64,000 bases of DNA from Vermamoeba vermiformis. Taxonomy: Eukaryota. Of the stretch, positions 1 through 13,616 are shown one piece after another. A model generated the notes under the pieces. It was given only the letters and a program-made list of their open reading frames with translations, did no database searches and was not told the DNA's origin. The DNA is taken from the NCBI GenBank assembly GCA_045837725.1, contig JBEWZL010000260.1:496001-560000 (forward strand). Direction: 5' to 3'. Each line of letters starts with the position of its first letter. Within the stretch, counting starts at the first letter, position 1. Both the position numbers and the translations under genes were made by a program.

Positions 1-1508
1 AGAGATTGACGAGGTTGAGGAGAATATTGCTGAGCACTTGTTGCCGCAAGTAGCCGAGATCGACCAGCAGTACTATTCAAGACTTTTACCAGAGATCTGT
101 GACCTGCCATTGGTTAGCGAGGACCAGCAACAACACTTTTACCTCCAGAAGTTTGACGAGTCGAATGCCATCTTTGATCCTCGCTCGAGATCAATGCGCG
201 AACCTATTGGCTACCTAGCTGGAATAGGCAGAGGGTAAGTACAGCTAGTCAGTAATGTATTACAACAAGCTCTAATTCATTGTACAGTGCTGTTGGCTTT
301 ACAACACGCAGCGATCAAATCGGTCCTGTGAGCTGGACCTCAACTGAAGCACCAAAACAACCTGAGCCGAGCGATCTCTTGCTGACCGAGACTACGTATC
401 ACAAGCGTGTCACAACGTCCGTTCACCGAGCGTACACGTTGTTGAAAGGCAGTGATTACGTGAAGATTTTGTTCCAGCTCCTCAAATCGTCCTCGCGCCA
501 TGCAATGTTCTTGACCGAGCTGAGACAGCAAACAGATCACGTGACATTCTGCTTTGTTGCAGGCACACTGTTCATCACGCAGGGTCAATACAAAGAAGCA
601 TTGCGCGCACTCACCAGCGCTGTGGCATCTGTCACCGATGATCCCAAGCTTTGGCGCGCATTGGCTTTTAGACTCGAAGAGTTTGCGCACTTCAAACCAC
701 ACCGCAGTCTCGGTGCGACTAGCGCTCTGAAGACATATCAACAAATTGCTGCCCGCTTGTCGCGTGGTTTGTGGCGCAGACTAGTTGAAGCACGTGCAAA
801 TGAGCCTCACGGATACCGCAACTTGGCACTGGCACTCATCGACCAGTTCAATCAGGATCCACAGGGCAACGAGTACGTGGTTGATGAGGCCGTGAAACAT
901 CTCACCAAGATCACTGCGCACGAGTGGAGCGATAGATTTGCAGCGATGCAAATTGAAGTGAATGCACTCGAAGAATTGAATGCGCTCGTCAATGCCACGC
1001 ACTTCACTCAAAAGGGTCTGGTCAACGCACAACAATGGAGATTGAAGGCTTTGGAACTGAATCCGAGACTGGCTCCGTTGCTCGCTCAAGCACTGCCCTG
1101 CGATTTACGGTAAGTACACTTTAATCTTTTTATTCGAATCATAGCTAACTCGTTCACAGTGTCACAATTGAATGGGACCGAGAAGAAGCAAACGTCGAGT
1201 TACACGTCACCGAGCCCTCGAATGAAGTGTGCTGCCCCATGAACAACAGCACGTCAAGCGGTGCCATGCTCAGTGTGGACTGCACGGGCCTTGGACCAGT
1301 CACATACATGCTGCGTCAGGCAGTCAGTGGCGAGTACACTGTCGCTGTCAAGTTATTCCACGCGATGGACCTCTCACGCCCTGTGCACGTGCGTGTGAAG
1401 ATTCAATGCTTCTTTGCGACACCTCACCTTGAAGTGACTGAAGTGCACACTGTTGCACTCTTCAAGAACAAACAACAGGCCACTGTGTCGCGCATAACAT
1501 TTCATTAA
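1..1508 (+). CDS. TPR-like + C-terminal DUF2135/YfaP-like protein (5' end outside window)
   Basis: Introns 235-287 and 1110-1159 join the ORFs. The C-terminus DLRVTIEWDREEANVELHVTEP...LSVDCTGLGPVTYMLRQAVSGEYTVAVK resembles the bacterial DLRVVLxWD..DxDLxVxxP..S.D...GYGPE....A..G.Y.V domain. A helical TPR-like segment lies upstream. Confidence 0.65.
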
Positions 1509-1575
1509 TTAGCTATTGGTTTGTTTGTAAATAAATTTTATTGACCTGAGAAACAAGTGTTTTGTTGCTCATGTT

Positions 1576-4500
1576 TTAAGCGTCTTCAAGCAAAGGGTCT
1601 TCAGCATCAACAGACAGCTCTTGGGCCAGTTGATTAGCTTCATCTTCAACAGTGTTTACAATGGGGGTTGGTGCAGGGGTAGGGGGAGAGGCCTTTTCAA
1701 CGACGGGTGATGGCACAGGTGAGGCAACGGGTGAGGGGGAAGAGGTCGGACCACCACTCGAAGCCAAGCTTTGAATCTCTTGAATCAAATCACGGTCCAA
1801 ATCATTAGCGAACTTGCTGTATTCGCTGGCCGCGTGATCGGCGAATCGGTCTCGTCGGAAGTATTCTTGTGCTTGCACGGCAAACTTGATGTCAGGGAAC
1901 AAGTTCTCGTACTCCGCGGGGTCAGCCAACGAATCAGCTTGACGAGGATTGCCACGAGCACGAACATCTTCACGCCACAATTTGACGAGCTCACTGACGC
2001 GTGAAGGGACGTATGATCGAGCGAACAACGCTGCTTCAGGAGTGCGACCAGCCTTGACGAGTGTGTCAATGCAGTCATCGAGCTCACCGAGCAAGAACAA
2101 GGCCATGAAAGCCACGTTGTATTGACCCAAAGTCTTGGCCTTGGCAGCTAACTTCTTGTAGCCGTCAGCACCACCGACGGACGAGTACAAGAGCAACAAG
2201 CCGCTCCAGTCCTCAGCGCGCCACAAGCACTTCTCGGCGAGGTCAATGTTGAAGGCGTTGATGGCAAGGTCAGACAACTGCTTCCACTTCTGAGGGTTGT
2301 CGGACTCTTGGGCAATCTCGTGTGCGAGCTCGAGTCTGTTGAGCTGAATGGCCAGCTCGAACTTGTGATCGCTGTCTGTTGACACTTCGAAGGCCAGCTC
2401 TTTGTGGCCTTGTGCCTCCAAGAAGTGAGCAATGCGAGTCTTGTCTTGTTGGGGAATGCGGGGGAAGATCTTCTCGGCGAGCGCCATGTCACCGCGCATG
2501 ACGGCTGTCTCGTACTCAATGACCGAGAGATTGAGCGTGTAAGAGGCAAGGTTCATGGCCTTGTCAATCAACAATACGCGGCTGTACTTGGGCATGTATC
2601 CTAATATGTACAATTTACGGTCCAAGTGGCTGATCGTTTCAGTCTTCGAGCCCACGCAGTATTGCAAGCGGCTTTGTGAGTTAGTGTAAATGAAGCAGTC
2701 GCCGATCCAGCAGCCAGTGCGCACCCTAGTGACACATATTAGTTTGCTGTGGTGCGAGGTATGGATTACAAAGACACGTACTTCTCGTTGAATTCGTGCA
2801 AGACGTCAAAAGCGTCTTCAATGCCGTCATCAGGAATGTCACCGCCGCTCTCGAGGATTGAGTTGACGAGAGCTTTGTTGTATTTGAGCACGTAGAAGCT
2901 CGAGTCTGTGGCGATAACGAGCTGTTCTCCGGTCTCTGACCAGTAAATCTATCGCACAGTTAGCACGTGCTAACTCTTCGATTATCAAAGAGGACTTACG
3001 TTCTTTGGAGTGACGTCGATCTTTCGAATCAAACGCAGCTGTTGCCAGTCGTAGAAACAAATGAAGCTGTCTGATCGAATGCCAATCAAAACACCACCAA
3101 AAATACCCTCAGCATGAAAATCGGGTTTGAATGCCTTGATTTCTTTGAACTCGTCGAACACTTTGATCTTTGAGCCAGGCTCGCGTGTGACGTATCTAAA
3201 CACAGTTAGCACAGTGGCCAATCAGAACAAACAGCGGATAACTTACTGAGCTTTTTGTGAGGCCCAAGCGAAGTCAATGGCGGAGCCGAAAGCTTGATTT
3301 CTCCACTTGAGAGCTGTGTAAATAGTGTACTCGCCTTCACCGCACACAACGACGAAACGGCCGTTGGGACTGTGACGGAGAATTTGAGGGTGAACTTCAA
3401 CGCGACCCAATTCTTTTGTGGGCATTTGCAAAGCATCACCATCAGCAACAGCAGTGCCCTCTGCGCATTGTGGTTATTTGCAGCCCTTTAGAGTACTATA
3501 ATATGATGTCACGTACCGAGAGCAGGGTTGACATTGGCAGTGCTGACTTCATTGTGTCTGCTGTAAATAACTTTGCCGGTTGAGTCCATCGAAGCAGCGG
3601 GGACTTCACGGCCAAGTTTGAGGAGCATGAGACCCTCGTCAAAACCAACGGCCAAGAAGTTAGTGCCTCGTCTGTAGGCCAAGGCCCATGCGCGTTCCCA
3701 GCCGTAGTTGAGTGACTTCTCGAGTCTGTAAGTCTTGGCGTTCCACAGTCTGACACTGCCGTCCTCAGAGCCAGAGACAACTAACGGCAGCTCGGGGTGG
3801 AAGCACACGACTGACACGTTGTTGGTGTGACCTTCGAGCGTGGCTACACAGTTCTTAGTTTGATAGTCCCACACTTTAACCGTCCTATTAAGATGTGTGG
3901 CGTCAGTGATGCGATGAATGAATGCTATTCAATGCTAGCACGTACATGTCATCAGCACCAGAGACCAAGTAAGGCTTGTCTGCACCAAGGTAGTAATCCA
4001 CGTAGTTCACGCCCTTAGTGTGGCCGTCGAGTGTGAAATAAGCTGCGCTCGATGTGATACCCCACACCTTGATCTTGCCGTCGAGCGAGGCCGTGGCGAA
4101 TGTGTTCGGGTCTTTGGGGTTGAATGTGACCATCATCACGTAGTGCGTGTGGCCCTCGAATGTTCTAAACCCACGCCAGTTAGTACAGTTCATACACCAC
4201 GCGTGCGATCGATGCGCAAACGTACCTGATCAAGTTCCAGTTCTGGTCCCAGTCCCACAGTTTGATGGACATATCGTCTGCTGACGTAAGCAAATATGGT
4301 AAAGAAGGGTGCACGGCAATGCATCGGATATAGTCCTGGTGTGCCTCCCACTTGTGCACGCACTCCATTGTGTTGTAATTGAAAATTCGGACCAACATGT
4401 CGTCTGAGCCCACAATAATCCATTGTTTGCGCGGAATGAACTTTGCAATGCGAACTAAAGTATATTTGAGCAAATGGTCGTATGTTAATAGGTTCTTAGT

Positions 4501-4803
4501 ACTTACCAGGCAAATCAGTGATTTCAAATTGCTTTACAACAGCCTGAAGGAAAAATATCGCAAATTAAAAAATTTTTGAGCAAAATTAGACTAATGCCTC
4601 CTTACCTGTGTTTGATAATTATAGATAAATACGTTGCCATTGTACAAGCTGGCCAAAATCCATGGTTCTGTAGGGTGAATATCGATGGATTTGACTCTGT
4701 CTGATCTCGCAGAGAATTTTTTCTATTCATTGAAATATCCGAAATTAATATCGGCAAAAATAATAAGTAATATAGTAATGCTTACCTTCACTTCAAACGA
4801 CAT
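1576..4803 (-). CDS. COPB2: Coatomer subunit beta' (Sec27), multi-exon
   Basis: [16 protein letters not shown] start, WD40 repeats ([27 protein letters not shown]) and alpha-solenoid C-terminus. The GT-AG introns checked splice in frame. Confidence 0.97.
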
Positions 4804-5211
4804 TATGAGACGGACCTTTCGAAAGAAATTTGAAAATCAGTAACAATTCAATAACCTCTTCTTAATAATTTGCGTAGCAACAATTATTGTTAAATATATT
4901 GATGATGCTGTATTATTGTAATTTTAGTTCGCTGATATCAATTTTTGTTGCTGAAGCAAACGAATTGGTTGTTTTTCTAACTTCTCGACAGATCTGCTGC
5001 CCGTAAATTATTAGTAAATAGTTTGATTCTTACCAGAGCTGTAACTAATAGCACAAAATATAAAAATAAACTTTATTGCTTGCGTCAGACACAAATTTGC
5101 ATACCTTGACTTAAGTGCAATAATTAAGTCACGATTGCCCTTGCGAAAACCCGCTCAAATTAAAGTTATCGAGGCAGTCGCTAAACAATACGACCACAAT
5201 ATATATTAAAT

Positions 5212-7526
5212 ATGAGCGATACTGTTGGCTTAAAGCGCAGCTTCGATGACGCTTTTGCCGGCGAAGATCACAGGTGAATAACGGACACAAAACTCAAAAA
5301 AATCAATCGCGAATCGAGTTAATGCTCATTAATCCCATTTAATAGAATATTTTTAGGCATTTATTCGCCCTCAATATTCATAATTTCTTTTATTCAATAA
5401 TTACCGAAAAATGTTTTAATGCTGGTTTTATTAGCGACGAGAATGTCAAGAGAATAAAACTAAGCAGCGATGTCGTTGCAGAATCGAATGATAGTAATGG
5501 TTTAGGTACGTAAAATTCATTTTACAGCTTTCAATCTGGATCTGATCTTGACGAACTTCTTAGTAAACGGAGATTCCAATCAACATGTGCAAAATAATGA
5601 TTCCAATCAACCGTCAACACAAGGTGACAGCTTAACCTCGTCGAAAAAGAGTCTTCCTTTCCGAAAGCGGTATCTGGCAGGACCCGATCAAGATCACACC
5701 ACGAATGACGCAACAGCACCGCAAGATCAAATTATCTCCGAGACTAGCGCACTGTCCGTTGATCGCAGCATGAGTGGCTTTGACGAGCCTTTAATCAGAA
5801 AGGCCCGTTTGGACAACTTGGAGCGCGAGCCTTCCGGGCTGGATCGTTCGAGCGAAGAGAGTTCTGCCGACGACGAAGACGATGACTTTCAAGTGGAGGG
5901 CACCAAGGCTGGCCGAGTAAGTTGTCAACAGTAATGCAGTATTTGTGCAGCACAGTTCTAATCTTGAGGGTCAGTATGACGATGAGGAGGCTGAAGACGA
6001 AGAAGACGACAATTACAGCGACGAGAAGTTGTACTGCATCTGTCGCCAGCCATACAACGAAGAGAAGTTCATGATTGCTTGCGACGAGTGCGATGAATGG
6101 TATCACGGTGATTGTGTCGGTATTTCAGCCCAACAAGGACGTCGGTTGCCGCATTACGTGTGCCCGAGCTGCATGGAGAGTACGTGCAATTCAATGTATA
6201 TTTGTAACACTTACTAATGGCTGTCCTTGATGTAGAAAAGGAAAAAGAGCGACAAGAGCGTGAAGAAATTGAACGGGAACTCGAAAGAATTAGAAGTCTG
6301 AAGAGTGATCACAAGTGTCTGAACAGCGGCTGTAAAGAATTCGCGAGAAAAGGATCAAAATTTTGCAGTCACGAGTGCGGCATTAGTCATGCCATGGAGA
6401 TGATCCAACAAAAAGAACGCGAAGACGAAGCCAATAGAAAACGAGAAATTGAGTCGAAGAAGTTGAAAGAGCACGAGGAGCTTGTGAATGCAATTAAACA
6501 GCAACAAGAACAACTGCGAGTACAACAAGAGACCTTGACTGCTCAAAGCATCACGACATTCACTGTGGCCGATAAAGAAGTACGTATTTATAAAGGGGTA
6601 ATATACTTGGTACTAACATTGCGTAGGACATGAAATTGTTGGAAGAAATTGAAAAAGAACGCGCGGACATTAAAGAACGACAAGCTGAACTCGTTAAAAA
6701 GAAGGCGAAGCTCGATGAGATTATTGAACGAGCCAAGAGCAACATCGTAGAGAACTCACCTGCTGTACGTGATTCACGTGGTCTATGTGTGCCAGTATTA
6801 ACCATTATTGCAGAAAGGAGACAAGAAAGAAAAGAAAGAGAAAGAGCGCAGACATCAAAATCTCGATGTGATGGACTGTGTGACGTGCGGTCAGCCCATT
6901 CCTGCATCTAACTTCTCACATCACCTCGAGAAGTGTTACTCCAAGGTCAGTGACAGTTGTCCAAGTACGACTTTGAACGGTCACTCACACTCATCTTACA
7001 GACTGATGCACACAACCCCTGGTACGGCAATCAGCCAACTACATCTGAAGACGGCTCGAGCATTGTGTACTGCGACTACTTTGATCCCAAGACCAAGCTC
7101 TATTGCAAGAAGTTGCGTGCCTCGTGTGCCTTGCACTCTGTTTTTGTACGTCCAGATCTCGAGCTGACTGTTAACCACGTGCTAACCTGTTTGACTAGAC
7201 TAAGGCCCCCAAGATCTCAGGTCAAGTCTGTGGCTGTCCCACTGATGAGTTCACTTCGGGCTATTGCGAGCGACTGCGAAAGAACTGCATGAAACACACT
7301 AATTGGGAGTGCTTGCGTAAGGCTGAGTTACTGTTAGAAGAGATCAGCTATGTAAGTCTAACTATATTTATCGTTGTTTATAATAGCAAGACTAATATTG
7401 TTGCAGGAACAAGCCTTCAAAGCGTTGATGTTCGAAGAGAAAGAGATCTGCAACAGAATTAACAGACGAAGGAAGATTAATGAAAGTAACGCCAATGCTA
7501 CTCAAGTTATCCTCGAGAAGCATTGA
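5212..7526 (+). CDS. CXXC1: COMPASS PHD-finger subunit (Spp1/CFP1-like)
   Basis: PHD finger LYCICRQPY..MIACDECDEWYHGDCV; CLNSGC...SKFCSHECG; CVTCG...HLEKCY; YCKKLRASC C-terminal Cys clusters. No CXXC DNA-binding domain was seen. Confidence 0.85.
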
Positions 7527-7786
7527 AAACAAAGACCTGTATGTAAATAACATTTCATTAACACTTGCCGTTCTTTCTCATCCCGATGACTCATGGGAAC
7601 TTTCGTGCGCATTCTGCTTGACTTCCGAACTTGTGTGGTCCACATAGTTACTAAGGCTTCGCGCTGACGTAGAATTTAAACAGTTACTCTGTGCGCACAT
7701 GCACGTTCGCGGTTAAATTTAATAAAATCAGGCCAGAAAAAGCAAAACCAACGCGCGTAACGGTATTATAAAGTACATTAGCAAAG

Positions 7787-8369
7787 ATGAGCATAGGAAC
7801 TGTCGAAGAACCATTGGACTTGATTAAATTGTCCATCGCTGAGAGGATTTACGTCAAGTTGAGAGGCGATCGCGAATTGCGAGGTGTTTTGCATGTAAGT
7901 GCCTCTATAAATTACATAATAATTACCATGTAATATAATATGTATAATAACATAATTTAAGCCAGAAAAGTGCAACATTGCTTTCAATAAAATAATTTTG
8001 TTCTATTAACTAATTATCTCAGCCTTTTAACTTGAGTTATGCACCAACAAATAGTGTCAACGTTACGAATAATTATAATATTATTTTGGAATGATATTGA
8101 TTGTATTATGAAAGGCTTACGATCAGCATCTCAATATGGTTCTTGGCGACGTCGAAGAAACACACACTGTCGTTGAGATTGACGAAGAAACATTCGAAGA
8201 AATTATTAAGGTAATCATCTATTAAATAACACCTCAAAGGTAGCTTGATAGATCTAAGAACGCGCATTAATTTTTTATTTATCGATAGCCTGTAAAGAGA
8301 AAAGTTGATATGTTGTTTGTGCGCGGTGATGGTGTTATATTAGTCGCTCCTCCTGTTAGAAGCACATAA
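7787..8369 (+). CDS. LSM3: U6 snRNA-associated Sm-like protein LSm3 (3 exons; absent from ORF track)
   Basis: Spliced: [51 protein letters not shown]...|[15 protein letters not shown]. Confidence 0.95.
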
Positions 8370-8489
8370 AGACGCACTCCTATGTAACATTTGCTATCGA
8401 AAGTAAAATAGAAAAACTCCTGTTTGTAACTCGTGTGGTTTATTGAATATACATTTAGAACGAGTACTTGGGTATATATAATACTAGTC

Positions 8490-9957
8490 TTATTCGCCGA
8501 TATATTTAGGCTCGCGCTTCTCTTTGAATGCAGTCAAGCCTTCAATGCGATCCTTTGTCGGAATGATCTGCGCGTAACAAGCCTCTTCAATCTTGAAACC
8601 TGTAGCGCGATCAGTTTGCATGCCCAAGTCAATCGCTTGCTTGGCCATACGCAGAGCGACAGGACCCTATTTGTAAACAGTTAGCAAGCGGATCAGATCT
8701 GAGTTTAAATATTTCGGTCTGTAATAAACTATTTAATATGAACATCATACCTTAGGTCTGATCTCTCGCGCTACTTCCAAAGCTCGTTCGTAGGCCTTGC
8801 CAGTGGTAGATTCATTGACCAACCCTGAAATGAGAGGTCAGTACACAGTACGGACTGAGATCTCGCTCTCTAATTATATATTATTCGTACCAATCTTCTC
8901 AGCGGCGGGTGCATCGAGTACACGAGCAGTGAAGATCAATTCTTTGGCCTTAGCAATGCCGACAATACGCGGCAGACGTTGAGTGCCACCAGCACTGCAA
9001 TTTAAAAGCCGGTGATTAGATCTGATGATAATAACCCTTATAAATAATGCATACCCAGGAATAATAGCCAATTTAGTCTCAGGCAAGCCTAACTTAGCGT
9101 CTTTGCCTAATTTGGTAATGAGAATCTGTACTCGCTTGAGTTGCAGCTAACACGTACCAGCAACACGCAAGTCACAAGCCAATGCAATTTCAAGACCACC
9201 TCCCAATGCAGCACCATCAACAGCAGCGATAGTAGGCACGGGCAAGTTCTATTTATGGTCATTAGGGGCACTAATTGTGAGAGGAATGTCAGGTACTTGC
9301 CTCGAGCTCTGAAAAAGTGCTTCTTAAAGTCTGAACAAATACTGCAACCTCTTCTTGAGTCATAGTAGCGCGTTCCTAGTATTAAATATTACTACTAATG
9401 TCTAGGGAAAGCTTCTCTGAGATCTTACTTTGAGATCAGCGCCAGCACAAAAGACGCCATCAACCATACTGCGCAATATAACAACGCGAGTGTTCTTTTT
9501 GAACTTAAGCTCTTGAATAGACTCGTGCAATTGCTTCAAGAACAATCGACCGATCGCATTTTTGGATGCAGGTCTGTTCATTGAAATAACGGAGATACCT
9601 GGGTACAACATGAATTAAATCATGAACACGACTATTTTAATATCATACCTTCGTCCCTATCGGAGAGGTGCTCGATTCCGACTTCAGTGACCTTTTATTG
9701 AACAACAAAAAATCAGTAAAATATTTCCAAAATATTCTAAAATAAATTAGCTTACCGAGCCTTCACCAGGGTAAGTATGTACAAATAATGACTGCATGCA
9801 AGGTGCGCTTTTCTTGCTAGCTTGTTTCTGAAATGAAATTGCAACATCTGTCAGACATTTTCCTCGACTGTATTCCTTTTCAATACTTAGGACTTACAAA
9901 TGCAATGCCTTTAGAGGATTGTGAAGCACGCGTAATCAATTTAGCGACACGGAACAT
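8490..9957 (-). CDS. AUH: Mitochondrial methylglutaconyl-CoA hydratase (crotonase family)
   Basis: [53 protein letters not shown]-terminal basic presequence. Confidence 0.9.
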
Positions 9958-10242
9958 TGTGGTTGATTAATGAAGCAAAAATATTTTGTTTTTCATTTTC
10001 ATTCATTCTTACCTCATCGTGTGACACACTGGTTGCTATTTTATATCAAGCAACAAATAATTGCATAATATTTAATATTACCAATTCATTGCAAGACTTG
10101 TAAGTGGCCGTCTCGAGACGATCGATAAAATTATTTTAGTACGAACGCTTAAAATAATTGCTACGGAGCGCCTTTATTACACTAGTGCTATTATTAACTT
10201 TTTGACGATTTTTATTAGCACAGAAATAGATCCAGATCTAAG

Positions 10243-10545
10243 ATGTTGCGAGTATTATGCCAAAGAAGTTTGATTAACAAAGCAACCAAACCAAAAATTG
10301 CTAAATCAATTAATATGAGGAGTTTTACCAAGTCAGCCGTTCTTCGACAACAACAGACGAAGTCAGAGCCTCATCAGAAGTTTGATCCGTCTTGGCTCGA
10401 TTACTTGGCCTGTCCGTTGACTAAGAAGCCACTCACATATGATGCAAAGAATAATGAATTGATTAGTGAGGCCGTTGGCGTCGCTTATCCGATTCGTGAT
10501 GGCATTCCGGTGCTTGTACCGAGCGAGGCACGAAAACTGACTTAA
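10243..10545 (+). CDS. PYURF: Mitochondrial Trm112-like protein (PYURF/UPF0434)
   Basis: LDYLACPLTKKPL...YPIRDGIPVLVPSEAR after an Arg/Lys-rich presequence; intronless. Confidence 0.85.
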   Translation: MLRVLCQRSLINKATKPKIAKSINMRSFTKSAVLRQQQTKSEPHQKFDPSWLDYLACPLTKKPLTYDAKNNELISEAVGVAYPIRDGIPVLVPSEARKLT

Positions 10546-10850
10546 ACTTATTGTAGTGGTCATCAATACTGTAAATATTGTAATTATATATTCATATAAA
10601 CTACTACAAAGGCAGGAATGCATTATCTCGCTCAGCTAATCCAGATTTCAAGCCGAAAAGGATCTCGCGTTCCTGTCAGACTCTTAAACAAGATCATGTT
10701 TGCCATGGTTGTACCTTGTTAGTTATAGATTAGCGTCCGTTAACCGATTTTATCAAGTTTATCTCTGGTCTCCTGATTTCATTGAGAATTTAAGTTATTG
10801 TTCGTGAATTTATCTGAACAACCGAATGCACCACAACTGCTAGTACTATA

Positions 10851-13526
10851 ATGCTGCGGTCATTATTAACGAATACTAAGCTCATATCTCGTCATGTACA
10901 GCGTCGAGCTGTCGTCAAGCCGAGCAATACAAGCAAGACTTTGGTGATCCGTAACTACGCTAACGGGGTAAATTCTGGCAATAGTAATATTTTATTATGA
11001 GGTCGGTATGACTTAATTTTACATAGGATCGCAAAGATTCATCAGCACATCTTGAGCCACTGTTGGTGGAGAAATCTGGAATGTCTTTGATCCACGACCC
11101 TCTTTTTAATAAGGTAAATTATTTACAATATTTATTGAATATAACTACGATAAATATTGCACAATCGTGTCATTTGTAAAATGGCAAAGTTTTTTTTCAT
11201 AATTTTCCACTCCGTAAAATAACGGTCATAAATAATCTGAACAATAATTACGAGATATTCAAGATGACCTTATTGCTTCATATATTACCACCCGTTCATG
11301 AACTTATTTGTATCATTTAGGGAACAGGCTGGCCTCATGAAGAGCGAGATCGACTCGGAATTCGTGGCCTCGTACCGCCAGCTCAATTAACGATTAATGT
11401 ACGTTTTACATGTTATTTTTTCATCATGGAGCTCTCCCGATTCGCTCCGGGGTTGTCACATTTCAGATTATAATCTTGATTTTCTTGAACGGAGACTTAC
11501 CGAGCCATAAATAGGAACAAGTCCACCGTGTATTATCGCGATTTGACAAGATTCAAGATCCACTCGACAAATACGAGTTCCTCAACTCGCTGCAAGACAG
11601 AAATGAAACTTTATTCTACAAAATTTTGATTGAAAATATCGAGCGCATGGGTACGTTTTGAAAATTATTTCTCAGTACGATGAAGGTATATTAACTTGAT
11701 TGCCTATTAGCTCCTGTTGTCTACACACCTACAGTCGGTGCGGCATGCATCAAGTTCAGTTCGTTGTTCCGTCGTGCTCGTGGCATGTACTTTTCAGTGC
11801 AGGACCGCGGACAAATGGCTGCCATGGTGTACAACTGGCCTGGCAAACAAGTACGTCCCATGCATGACTTATTTAACTAGACGGCACTAATAACAACTAT
11901 GACAGGTCGATGTCATTGTCGTCACTGATGGCTCGCGTATTTTGGGTCTCGGAGACTTGGGCTGTCAAGGCATGGGTATCTCCGTACGTACTCGCTCATT
12001 TATGTTCGTTCATGAACAACAGCGTTCTAACCTCGTGCTCAGATCGGCAAATTGTCGCTTTACGTTGCAGCAGGTGGCATTCATCCTCAACGAGTGCTGC
12101 CCATCACCATTGACGCCGGTACAAACAACACCAATCTGCTCAATGACCCGCTGTACATTGGTGTCAGACAGCCGCGTGTCAGAGGGTAAGTTTACAATAC
12201 ATAGTATCGTGCGCGCGATTTCGTCGCAGTTTCGGTCAAAGATAAGTCAAAGTCTCACGCGATTGGTCCACTGTTGTTTGATGAGTTCCATAAAAGGAAA
12301 AAAACTGGCCAAAAAAAATCAATTTTCTTTTTATTCAATCTTTTCGTTTTCCAGTTTATTTTTCTAACAGCCTTTTATCTCCAGCGAGGAATACTTCTCC
12401 CTGATCGATGAATTCATGCGCGCAGTCACCAAGAGATGGCCCCACGTGCTTGTACAATTTGAAGACTTCTCCAACGAGAATGCATTGCCTATTTTGGAAA
12501 AATACAGATACAAATACTTGTGCTTCAACGACGACATTCAAGGCACAGGTGCTGTCGCGCTGTCAGGTGTGTTGTCAGCGCTCAGAATTCGCGGCTCAGA
12601 CGTCAAATCACTCGCGAAAGAACGCATTGTCATTGTCGGTGCTGGCTCAGCTGGTGTTGGTGTCGCGAACAGTTTGGCGTGGACGATGGTCACCGAACTC
12701 GGCATTCGACCTGAGGTACGGCCACAAGGATATTTTTGTCTACCACAATGAGGTATTAACGCTTATTGCCTAATTAGGAAGCATTCGCCAACTTCTGGTT
12801 GATAGACAAGGACGGATTGCTCGGTGCAGGTCGTTCAGGTGTCAGTCCCGCACAAATGCGTTACGTGCGTCACGACACAGCAGACAAATTGTCACTGCTT
12901 GAAGTTGTTCGTCAAGCCAAGCCAACCATCTTGCTGGGTCTCTCGGGTGTCGGAGGAATTTTCACAGAACAAGTCGTCAAAGAGATGTACTCGCAGTGCC
13001 CGCAACCCATCATCTTCCCGCTCAGCAATCCCACCTCCAACGCTGAGTGCACCGCTGGACAAGCGTACGCATGGACTGACGGCAATGCAATTGTAGCTAC
13101 AGGCAGTCCTTTTGACCCTGGTAAGTGTCACACTTTGGCGTTCATGAATGATTTAACTGACACGTGCGCACAGTGGAAGTCAACGGCAAGTGGAAGTTCC
13201 CGTCACAAGGCAACAACATGTACATATTCCCCGGTGTTGGCTTGGCTGCTGTCGCTTGCAAAGTGCGTCGTGTCTCGTACCGCATGTTGAATCGTGCAGG
13301 CATTGCCTTGGCTAAGACACTGACACAAGAAGAGATGACCAAGGGCATTGTCTACCCACACATCTCGCGCATCAGACAAGTCTCGCTTGAAGTCGCTGTG
13401 GCCGTAGCACGCACTGCATTCCTTGAAGGTCTTGCAGGCATCAAAGAACCAGTTGACCTCGAACGATTCTTGTCAGATCATATGTATTCACCCGAATATG
13501 TGCCCATCATCAAGAACCCTGTATAA
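10851..13526 (+). CDS. Malic enzyme, probably mitochondrial NAD-dependent
   Basis: [66 protein letters not shown]; presequence-like exon 1. Confidence 0.95.
12228..12363 (+). repeat. 136-bp duplicated segment, copy 1 (inside malic-enzyme intron 12186-12370)
   Basis: Base-for-base reverse complement of 21334-21469 by manual alignment. Confidence 0.92.
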
Positions 13527-13616
13527 TTCAGTTTGATAAAACAAATCTTTATTTATGTAAAAAGGTGAGAGTGAAGAATGATTTAATGCAGTGAAAATTG
13601 AAATTAGAATGTTGTG

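Noticed and set aside
7581-7598. Small hairpin containing ATGACTCAT (AP-1/Gcn4 site); possible ncRNA in 7560-7700
   Set aside because: Single instance; no convincing snRNA, snoRNA or tRNA motifs.
7895-8114. Long LSM3 intron as a U12 intron or snoRNA host
   Set aside because: Ordinary GTAAGT donor and no clear box C/D or H/ACA arrangement.
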